Origin: Candidatus Sulfotelmatobacter sp.
GTDB lineage: Bacteria > Acidobacteriota > Terriglobia > Terriglobales > Acidobacteriaceae
Length of the DNA stretch: 64,000 nt
Direction of reading: 5' to 3'
Assembly (NCBI GenBank): GCA_035710725.1
Contig: DASTCY010000038.1
Coordinates: 7,495-71,494 of the forward strand
Shown here: positions 50,870 to 58,097 of the stretch, piece after piece
Layout of the letters: every line of letters starts with the position of its first letter
Numbering within the stretch: position 1 is the first letter of the stretch
Notes under the pieces: model-generated
Seen by the model: only the letters and a program-made list of their open reading frames with translations
The model's database searches: none
Told to the model about the DNA's origin: nothing
Made by a program: the position numbers and the translations under genes

Positions 50870-51043
50870 ATGGCAATTCAAGAGTGGACAGTAAAGCAAC
50901 TAATAGAGGCATTGAAAGGGTTCCCACCGGAGGCCAAGGTTTTCTACGAGATGGGGCCAAGCGGCACAGGAACAATTGGAAAAGCGCAATACGTAAAAGC
51001 TCGGGGCGAGGACGACGAGATGGGAGTACTGCTGGACCGATAA
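50870..51043 (+). CDS. small hypothetical protein (57 aa)
   Basis: Below the ORF-track cutoff. ATG 50870 is preceded by AAGGAGAAAT. Translation: MAIQEWTVKQLIEALKGFPPEAKVFYEMGPSGTGTIGKAQYVKARGEDDEMGVLLDR. Stop TAA at 51041-51043. Confidence 0.5.
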   Translation: MAIQEWTVKQLIEALKGFPPEAKVFYEMGPSGTGTIGKAQYVKARGEDDEMGVLLDR

Positions 51044-51072
51044 GAGCACGCGATGGGATTGGCAAATGCAGT

Positions 51073-51264
51073 TTATCGTTTGAGGAGTTTCGTTTCCACG
51101 GCTTCAGCTGCAGAGAGTTTTCGATCCCGATGTGGTTCGGTGCGTGGGGCACCGGTATGAAGTTCACAAACTTCCCCGATCGCTGCACCGCAAGTAGTAC
51201 ACGGCACAGTTAGTATTTGCTTCGGGGTAAGTTCCTTGGCTTTCACGCTCGTATGATGCAACAC
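51073..51264 (-). CDS. small hypothetical protein with C-x2-C ... C ... H motif (zinc-finger-like)
   Basis: 63 aa, GTG start, no SD. PCTTCGAAIGEVCELHTGAPRTEPHRDR resembles small zinc-finger proteins often seen on mobile DNA (recollection, unverified). Convergent with the three small ORFs. Confidence 0.3.
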   Translation of the reverse strand: MLHHTSVKAKELTPKQILTVPCTTCGAAIGEVCELHTGAPRTEPHRDRKLSAAEAVETKLLKR

Positions 51265-51433
51265 GGTGCGAAGGAAAAACGTTCAATAATGCTCATTTTC
51301 CCCATATTTGAGCAAGTGGCTAGGTATTAACTGGCCGCAGCCGCTTTTGAAATCCGAGCAAAAGTGACCATCTTTGCTTGTCGGGTTCGCGGATAATGTT
51401 GAAGAGTGTAGCTTCACACAAGAGAGGCGATTG

Positions 51434-52102
51434 ATGGCACCAACCGCGCCGACCAAGAAAAGAACCGTTTTCGACCCACGGAAATTCCTAGCCACCATCG
51501 GCGACGGCAGAAAAGTTGTGGTCTTTCCCAGGAAACAGACAATCTTTGCGCAAGGAGACGCGGCAGACGCCGTGTTCTACATTCAGGACGGTAAAGTCAG
51601 ACTCAGTGTCGTATCCAAGACGGGCAAGGAAGCAACTCTAGGCATCCTGGGCGAGGGGCAGTTTTTCGGAGAAGGGAGCCTGGCTGGACAATCTTTACGC
51701 ATGGGGTCTGCAACCGCAATGACGGAATGCGAACTGCTGCGCATAGAAAAGAAAGCAATGATGCTTGCGCTTCACCGCGAACATGAGTTCTCCGATCTTT
51801 TCATGGCCTATCTGCTGGCACGAAACATCCGATACGAAGAAGATCTGGTCGATCAGCTTTTCAATTCCAGCGAAAAGAGATTAGCTCGCCTGCTCCTGTT
51901 GCTAGCTCGCTTCGGCAAGGACGGAGTACCCGAGGTGATGATTCCCAAGATCAGTCAGGAGACTTTGGCCGAGATGATAGGCACTACTCGTTCGCGGGTC
52001 AGCTTTTTCATGAACCGGTTCCGAGAGCTAGGCTTCCTCGATTACGGGGAGAACGGACTGCAAATACACAGTTCACTTCTGAACATTGTTCTGCACGACT
52101 AG
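51434..52102 (+). CDS. Crp/Fnr-family transcriptional regulator (cNMP-binding fold + HTH), paralog 1
   Basis: ORF 51374-52102 trimmed to ATG 51434 (AGAGAGG upstream). Beta-roll IFAQGDAADAVFYIQDGKVRLSVVSKTGKEATLGILGEGQFFGEGSL; HTH SQETLAEMIGTTRSRVSFFMNRF. No N-terminal Cys cluster, so not a classical FNR. Confidence 0.88.
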   Translation: MAPTAPTKKRTVFDPRKFLATIGDGRKVVVFPRKQTIFAQGDAADAVFYIQDGKVRLSVVSKTGKEATLGILGEGQFFGEGSLAGQSLRMGSATAMTECELLRIEKKAMMLALHREHEFSDLFMAYLLARNIRYEEDLVDQLFNSSEKRLARLLLLLARFGKDGVPEVMIPKISQETLAEMIGTTRSRVSFFMNRFRELGFLDYGENGLQIHSSLLNIVLHD

Positions 52103-52623
52103 TGCGTCGCATCCAATAAACAGAAGCTTCTCGACGGTAATGAGCCAATCAGGCATTCGCTGGATCAGGTCCGGAGAGGTGGCCCATTCTGGTCGCCACC
52201 AGCACTTCCAACAGAGTTGCTGTGTTACGAACACTTCCCGAGATCGTAATGAGTGCCTCTGACACAATAGGATGCTCTTCCGCCAGCACGTCAAGGCGGC
52301 TACTCACGTTGTGGAGTTGCTGAGCTTCGTGCAGGATCGCATTCGAACGCATTAGGGGTACACGGCTTTCTGAGAGGACCTAAGGAGAAAGGACTTCAGA
52401 TGGGCTGACTTAGCTCAGAGAACCTGAACGAGGAGAAGGTGCTAACCACCTCAACTTCAGTGTATCACTTAAGCAGTCCAGAAGTACTTCCGGGGGGGAT
52501 TCGATGTTTTAGCCATCCGAAGATGTTTCTTTTTTGTCGTAATTTCCGTCCTATGGTGCCGAGGAGATCCGCACCGGACCGCTTCCGATCGCTATCTTTA
52601 GGCCAGTTTGTTCGAGAATGTGC

Positions 52624-52785
52624 AAAATTGAACAGTTATAGCAATCGTCAACAGGTAAGCTGCCGGAAGATCAGTAAGCGCGGTCATGGGTCAGTGGCGG
52701 CATAATGCCGACCATTCCGACCCTCACGACCGCGTAATGTTTAAGTGTGGGCCGGGCCTCGGGGGAGACCCGGCCCACCTTTTTT
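52624..52785 (+). ncRNA. candidate structured noncoding RNA or leader (conserved element copy B + long hairpin + intrinsic terminator)
   Basis: 52624-52702 is homologous to the reverse complement of 56641-56727. 52679-52735 folds as a long imperfect hairpin centred on CGGCAT-A-ATGCCG. It is followed by the terminator at 52747-52785. ORFs crossing the region look spurious. The 5' end is unknown. Confidence 0.35.
52747..52785 (+). terminator. strong rho-independent terminator
   Basis: GTGGGCCGGG (52747-52756) pairs perfectly with CCCGGCCCAC (52769-52778); the 12-nt loop has 3 further possible pairs; then C TTTTTT (52780-52785). No annotated plus-strand gene ends nearby: crp1 stops 645 nt upstream. 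Confidence 0.85.
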
Positions 52786-53100
52786 GTCGCGCCCCGCCAA
52801 TGGGCGGGACACTGGCCGAGCGATCCTGCTTGCCCAAGTCGGCTCAACTTTCGTCTGAGCCTCGCCGAGTTCACCTTAGTTATCCTCACTTTCCGAACCG
52901 TGAGCTGCGAAATCGTCCACCGTGAGCTTTTTTGACCAGTCTTCGATGCCTCCACGATGAGAGAGTCTCATTAGAACCATTTTTGCGAGGGAGACGAGTC
53001 GTATACATCTCGTCCGGAAATCGCGCCTTTCAATCCACGCAACCCGCAGCAACACAGCATCACCGGGCATGCGAAGGATGATCGGACAAGAGGAAGCACA

Positions 53101-54372
53101 ATGCGCATCATGTCCTCCATTCGTTCGGCGTTGTTTGCAGCAGTACTGCTGGCCATTGCGGCGGCAGCTTACGCGCAAGTCAGCATATCGGTTTCATTCG
53201 CCCCGCCAGAGCTCCCCGTCTACGAGCAACCTCTTTGTCCCGGCGAGGGTTATCTCTGGACACCCGGGTACTGGGCTTACGCTAACGATTACGACGATTA
53301 CTACTGGGTGCCGGGTACGTGGGTGATGGCTCCGGAACCGGGCCTGCTCTGGACTCCAGCCTATTGGGGTTGGGGAGGCGACGGATATGTCTTCAATGAA
53401 GGCTATTGGGGTCCGCAAGTAGGTTTCTACGGCGGAATCAGTTATGGCTACGGATACTTCGGAGAGGGCTACCAAGGTGGCCGGTGGCAGAACGGACAGT
53501 TTTATTACAACCGTTCGGTAAACAACGTAAACGTCACCAACATCCACAATGTTTACAACACCACGGTGATCAACAACACCACCACTGTGAACCGGATCAG
53601 CTACAACGGCGGCAAGGGCGGGATCAATGCGCGCCCGAGGCCGGAAGAAGAGGCTGCGGCACGTGAGAGACACACGCCGCCCGTGGCCGCTCAGACGCAA
53701 CACGAGCAAGCTGCCCGGACACAACCAGAGCTTCGCGCTTCAGTGAACCATGGCACGCCCTCCGTCGCGGCGACTCCTAAGCCAGGAGCATTCAGTGACC
53801 GCGCCGTTATGCACGCGAGACAAACAGGGACACCTTACAACGCTCCGGTGCATCGTGCCGCATCTCAGCCACCGGCCAGTGCGCCGGCTGCGCATCCAGA
53901 GAACAATCCTGCTCGCAGCGATCGGCCCGCTCCCAATAATCGGCCGGAACCGAACCGAGCTGAGCCCAATCGTCCACCGACGTCCCAGCCGAGCGACCGG
54001 CCGGAGCCTAACCGAGCGGAACCGAGCCGGCCGGAATCGAATCGTCCGCCCGCAGCTCAGCCGAACAACCGACCAGAGCCTGACCGGCCGCCGACAGCGC
54101 AGCCGAACAACCGACCAGAGCCCAACCGCGCGGAACCGAGCCGGCCGGAATCGAATCGTCCGCCCGCAGCTCAGCCGAATGAACGGTCTCAGCCTAACCG
54201 CAGTGAGCCGTCTCAGCGGCCGCAGACGCCTCCGCCGAACGAGCGTTCCCAGCCTCAGCGCACTCCTGCTGCTGAAACACGGTCTGGACCGCAAACGCGA
54301 CCGGAGCCGAAGCCGGAAGAGAGAAAGCAGCGGAACGAACAGCCAAAGAGGGATGAGAAGCCGCCGCAGTAG
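53101..54372 (+). CDS. exported YXWGXW/WXXGXW-repeat protein with Pro/Arg/Asn-rich repetitive C-terminus
   Basis: 423 aa. Signal ALFAAVLLAIAAAAYAQ. Motifs GYLWTPGYWAY, YYWVPGTWV, LLWTPAYWGW, VFNEGYWGPQVGFYGG. The tail consists of RPEPNRAEP-type repeats. A 50-nt stretch is exactly duplicated 114 nt apart (from 54016 and 54130). Confidence 0.8.
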   Translation: MRIMSSIRSALFAAVLLAIAAAAYAQVSISVSFAPPELPVYEQPLCPGEGYLWTPGYWAYANDYDDYYWVPGTWVMAPEPGLLWTPAYWGWGGDGYVFNEGYWGPQVGFYGGISYGYGYFGEGYQGGRWQNGQFYYNRSVNNVNVTNIHNVYNTTVINNTTTVNRISYNGGKGGINARPRPEEEAAARERHTPPVAAQTQHEQAARTQPELRASVNHGTPSVAATPKPGAFSDRAVMHARQTGTPYNAPVHRAASQPPASAPAAHPENNPARSDRPAPNNRPEPNRAEPNRPPTSQPSDRPEPNRAEPSRPESNRPPAAQPNNRPEPDRPPTAQPNNRPEPNRAEPSRPESNRPPAAQPNERSQPNRSEPSQRPQTPPPNERSQPQRTPAAETRSGPQTRPEPKPEERKQRNEQPKRDEKPPQ

Positions 54373-54526
54373 ATCGTATCGCCTCCGATCCGGTAGCTCG
54401 ACAGCTCTCAACGAATGAAGCAGGGACATGTCCCAAATGGTATTGGACAAACCACTGAAGCTATCGGTGAATCAGCTCACCCGAGGCGGCTAGTCGCTTG
54501 TTGCGGGATTACGCTGAAAAGATCAG

Positions 54527-55288
54527 CTAGTCGTGGAGAACTACGTTGAGCAGTGAGCTGTGGACTTGCAGCCCCCCGTTGTAGTGTATGAAGCCCAATT
54601 TTCTGAACCGGTTCATGAAGAAGCTGACCCGTGAACGGGTCGTGCCGATCATTTCCGCCAGAGTTTCCTGACTGATCTTAGGCACTACAGTCTCGGGTGT
54701 CCCTTCCTTGCCAAAATGAGCGAGCAGCAAAAGGATCCGTGCCAGCCTCTTTTCGCTCGAATTGAAAAGCTGATCGACCAGATCTTCTTCATAACGGATG
54801 TTCCGCGCCAGCAAATAGGCCACAAACAGGTCGGAGAATTTGTGTTCCCGGTGAAGTGCTTCGATCATCGCTCTCTTGTCGATTCGCAGAATAGCGCAAT
54901 CTGTCATCGCGGTTGCGGAGCCCATGCGGAGCGGCTGGCCTGCTAGGGAACCTTCGCCGAAGAACTCTCCGTCCCTTAGTATGCCGATCGTCGCTTCCTT
55001 GCCAGCCTTGGATACAACTGTGAGTCGAACCTTGCCCGCCTGGATGTAGAACACAGCGTCAGCTGGATCTCCCTGCGCGAAGATTGCGTGTTTCTTCGGA
55101 AATGCCAGGGCTTTTCTACCCTCACCGATCGTCGCAAGAAATGCGTGGGGATCGAAATCACGCTGCTTCTTGGCCACTAGACTTGGACCTGCAGCATTGG
55201 GAGTTGTTTGCGGGATGCGGTCGATGGAAGCTTGGCGGCCAATTTTCCTTTTGCCTGGAGAACCTGCGGGTTGGCTGATAGGAGGCAT
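54527..55288 (-). CDS. Crp/Fnr-family transcriptional regulator, paralog 2
   Basis: ORF 54527-55303 trimmed to ATG 55288 (AAGGAGG with 5-nt spacer). Closely parallels paralog 1 (IFAQGDPADAVFYIQAGKVRLTVVSKAGKEATIGIL...; identical SQETLAEMIGTTRSRVSFFMNRF). Opposite strand. Confidence 0.88.
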   Translation of the reverse strand: MPPISQPAGSPGKRKIGRQASIDRIPQTTPNAAGPSLVAKKQRDFDPHAFLATIGEGRKALAFPKKHAIFAQGDPADAVFYIQAGKVRLTVVSKAGKEATIGILRDGEFFGEGSLAGQPLRMGSATAMTDCAILRIDKRAMIEALHREHKFSDLFVAYLLARNIRYEEDLVDQLFNSSEKRLARILLLLAHFGKEGTPETVVPKISQETLAEMIGTTRSRVSFFMNRFRKLGFIHYNGGLQVHSSLLNVVLHD

Positions 55289-55528
55289 AGGCACCTCCTT
55301 CATATGCCTGTCTGCTTACACAACTCTTTTTTATCTTACCACTCCACGTTTATCTGGATGGCTTGCAAGTCTCGAAGACCCGAAATGAAGGTCTGGAGCC
55401 GACTGCCTGAGCCGTTCTGCACAGTATTTCCACAGCAAATGCGCGAGTCTATTGCCGGTGTGCAAATCGAGGAAAGAGAATGTTTCTATCAAGCAAAGCC
55501 GCATGGCCTGGGATTGTCTTCCTGTTGC

Positions 55529-56425
55529 CTAGTCGCTTGCGGCACTGTGCAATTGCCGGACACTAGAACGTATTTCCTTTTGGATCGATTCAGCCACTCC
55601 CACGCGTTTGATCTGCGTCGCCAGACCAAGCTTCCTGAGCATCCAAATGCCGTACCAGTTCATGTCAATCTCGTACCACTTTAGACCGTGACGGGCCGAA
55701 GTCGGATGCGCATGATGATTGTTGTGCCATCCTTCGCCAAAGGTCAAAAGGGCAACCAACCAGTTATTGGTGGAATCATCCCTCGTGGAAAAGCGCCGGG
55801 ATCCCCACATGTGAGTTACCGAATTCACCAACCAGGTAGCATGCAACCCCACCACCGTCCGCAGGAAAATACCCCACAACAAGAGTGGCAATCCGCCGAG
55901 GGCGAACAGCAATAGGCCCAGTGCGGCCATCGGCAAGTAGTGGTACTTGGTGATCCAGAGGTGAAACTTATCTTTCGCCAGGTCGGGGACGTAGTGGGCC
56001 AGCGTAGTTGTGTCGTGATGCATGGATCGTCCCGTCAGAATCCAACCCATATGGGACCACCATTTGCCGTCTCTTGGCGAGTGTGGATCACCCTCCTGAT
56101 CCGCGAATTGATGATGAATGCGGTGGGTAGCCACCCAGAATATGGGACCGCCTTCGAGAGTGAGGGTTGCACAGACAGTCAGAAAATACTCAACCCACTT
56201 CGGAGTCCTGTATCCACGATGTGTGAGTAGCCGATGATAGCCCATCCCGATGCCCAGGCTTCCCGATACCCACCACAGGAAAATCGCAACGAAGAGAGCT
56301 TTCCAAGTAAAGAAGAACAGCGCCGCCACAGCGCCAACGTGAAAGGCCACCATAAAAAATGCGGTGACCCAGTTGATTTGGTCGTCGGCCGGCTGCTTTC
56401 GTTCGATTGGCTGAAGCTGCATCAT
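55529..56425 (-). CDS. membrane fatty-acid (acyl-CoA/acyl-lipid) desaturase, delta-9-like
   Basis: ORF 55529-56689 trimmed to ATG 56425 (GGGAGA with 6-nt spacer). Three His boxes: HRLLTH, HRIHHQF, HNNHH. N-terminal TM pair. Confidence 0.88.
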   Translation of the reverse strand: MMQLQPIERKQPADDQINWVTAFFMVAFHVGAVAALFFFTWKALFVAIFLWWVSGSLGIGMGYHRLLTHRGYRTPKWVEYFLTVCATLTLEGGPIFWVATHRIHHQFADQEGDPHSPRDGKWWSHMGWILTGRSMHHDTTTLAHYVPDLAKDKFHLWITKYHYLPMAALGLLLFALGGLPLLLWGIFLRTVVGLHATWLVNSVTHMWGSRRFSTRDDSTNNWLVALLTFGEGWHNNHHAHPTSARHGLKWYEIDMNWYGIWMLRKLGLATQIKRVGVAESIQKEIRSSVRQLHSAASD

Positions 56426-56428
56426 TGC

Positions 56429-56468
56429 TGATCTCCCACTCCAGTTTGATGTGGGTGTCCGGAGATCA
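56429..56468 (-). promoter_or_regulatory. SD-sequestering hairpin in the desaturase leader
   Basis: mRNA sense: TGATCTCC (56468-56461) ...CCCAC (56455-56451)... GTGGGAGATCA (56439-56429) GCA ATG. The SD-containing arm can pair either with TGATCTCC (8 bp) or with CCCAC (5 bp); the two pairings are mutually exclusive. Confidence 0.45.
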
Positions 56469-56640
56469 GTACCAGCAAGGGGGTGTAATAGTTTTGTATG
56501 CGGTGGCCTCGCATGTTCGGCAGAATTGTGAAGAACGAGCAGTTTTGACCAGACGCGTGTGAACGTCCAGCCTGAAACGTGTATGTAGAAATTGCGGCTA
56601 CAGACAATAACACGGTCGTCAGGGTTAGAACGGCAGGGTT

Positions 56641-56727
56641 CCCGACACTGACCCACGACCGCGTGTCGAGCTATCAGACAGACCGACACATCATACCTGT
56701 CAGCCGTTTCAATAACTGTTCAGTTTT
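56641..56727 (-). ncRNA. conserved noncoding element copy A (upstream of desaturase)
   Basis: The reverse complement AAAACTGAACAGTTATTGAAACGGCTGACAGGTA...ACGCGGTCGTGGGTCAGTGTCGGG aligns with 52624-52702. By hand: 26/34 in the first block and 20/24 in the last. Followed by its own hairpin (..GGTCGT..GGG / CCC..ACGACC..). Lies 216-302 nt upstream of the desaturase ATG. Confidence 0.4.
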
Positions 56728-56759
56728 ATACATTTCCGGAAATAAACTTTGGTCGAAAC

Positions 56760-56785
56760 AAATCGGCTACTCCGGCAGCCGATTT
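56760..56785. terminator. hairpin AAATCGGCT-actccggc-AGCCGATTT, possible terminator downstream of the tRNA
   Basis: 9-bp perfect stem. On the minus strand it is followed by GTTTCG. Lies 260 nt downstream of the tRNA 3' end. The U-tract is weak. Confidence 0.35.
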
Positions 56786-57045
56786 TCCAAGTAAGGAAAC
56801 ATGCAGCCGTATTCGCGGCTTGAGCGGCAAAATCGACTCCAAGCGTGACCATGTTGGGACTGGACTCGAAATTTTAGCGGATAGTAGCAGCGCCAGATGG
56901 TGCTGATATGAATCGGTGGTCGCTTGGAACTTTGCGCAAAATCTATGGGGAAACAAATTCGGGACAATTGGCTGGGAATCAGGGTGCAGAGTTACCGAGC
57001 CCATTGTTGGAGTTGGCTCAACCCATTGAAACCAAACAGTGGAGT

Positions 57046-57122
<77 letters not shown>

Positions 57123-57261
57123 GTCCGATCATAGCAACCGCGTTGGTTAGCGTCAAACCTGTGCCGAGTTTGGCGCAACCAACTTCAGACTTTCAAACCT
57201 CGCAGCGGATTAGAATTTCTAGGTCCAGATCATCACGAATTCCCTAGCGGAGGCTACCAAC

Positions 57262-57879
57262 GTGAAGAAAGATGTTTCTACGACTCGAAATCGTATCTCG
57301 GCACAGCCCCGAATCCATCAACGCGCGCCGGAAATTCAGGCCTACGGAACGGTCTCGCACTTGATTCCTCTTGAGCTCGAAGAACCAGTTCGTCTGGAAA
57401 TGACCGAACGCTTGAATCAATTGCTGGCGGATTCCATGACTTTACGCGATCTCTACAAGAAATCTCATTGGCAAGTGGCAGGACCAACCTTCTATCAACT
57501 ACATTTGCTGTTTGACAAGCATTTCGAGGAACAAGTCGAAATTGTCGATTCGATTGCGGAGCGGATTCAGTTGCTCGGAGGAATTTCCCTGGCCATGGCC
57601 CCGGATATTGCCGAGACAACCCAGATTGAGCGTCCGCCGAGAGGCAGGGAAGAGGTTCCGGTGCAGATCTCGCGCCTGCTCGATGCCCATCAGATCATCA
57701 TTCGCCAGTGCCGCGAGCTCTCCAAGCGCTCGTCGGAACTGGGGGACGAAGGCACCAACGATCTGGTCGTCAGCGACGTGCTGCGCGCAAATGAACTGCA
57801 GTCGTGGTTCCTGAGCGAACATCTCGTCGATGTGCCGCTGGTCCATGCTGACCAGACTCGCCTGCGTAACGCCGGATAG
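57262..57879 (+). CDS. dps: Dps-family DNA-protecting ferritin-like protein
   Basis: 205 aa. GTG start with GCGGAGG 8 nt upstream. LNQLLADSMTLRDLYKKSHWQVAGPTFYQLHLLFDKHFEE carries the Dps ferroxidase-site His/Asp/Glu pattern. Confidence 0.88.
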   Translation: MKKDVSTTRNRISAQPRIHQRAPEIQAYGTVSHLIPLELEEPVRLEMTERLNQLLADSMTLRDLYKKSHWQVAGPTFYQLHLLFDKHFEEQVEIVDSIAERIQLLGGISLAMAPDIAETTQIERPPRGREEVPVQISRLLDAHQIIIRQCRELSKRSSELGDEGTNDLVVSDVLRANELQSWFLSEHLVDVPLVHADQTRLRNAG

Positions 57880-57914
57880 CTTTGTGGCACCGCCACACAC
57901 CGCTTGAATGTGAA

Positions 57915-57957
57915 CCCCACGTCTCGCTCCTGAAGAGAGACGTGGGGTCGATTTCTT
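57915..57957 (+). terminator. rho-independent terminator after dps
   Basis: 11-bp perfect stem CCCCACGTCTC / GAGACGTGGGG (57915-57925 / 57937-57947) followed by the T-rich TCGATTTCTT. Begins 36 nt after the dps stop. Confidence 0.7.
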
Positions 57958-58097
57958 CCGGCATTTTTGTCGGATTACCCATCTCCCGACCGCGCATCTG
58001 ACATTGATTTCGATAGGAAAGCCCTAGTATCCTTGCCAACCGGGAAGAGTGTCGCCTGGTGTGACTTCCAAAGCCTTGCGAAAGGCGTGCAAACATC

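Noticed and set aside
52149-52352. 67-aa minus-strand ORF convergent with crp1
   Set aside because: Codon usage looks acceptable, but there is no SD and no recognisable motif, and it overlaps another equally weak ORF (52073-52294). Left uncalled; worth a homology search.
52439-52925. ORFs 52439-52705 and 52686-52925 (and the minus-strand 52671-52955) in the crp1-WXXGXW gap
   Set aside because: They run through a strong intrinsic terminator and a long hairpin. Composition is basic and Cys-rich. The region is better explained as structured RNA.
56426-56689. 88-aa N-terminal extension of the desaturase ORF
   Set aside because: A strong SD precedes the internal ATG at 56425. The extension covers the conserved noncoding element and hairpins, and its Cys/Arg/His-rich sequence has no counterpart in desaturases.
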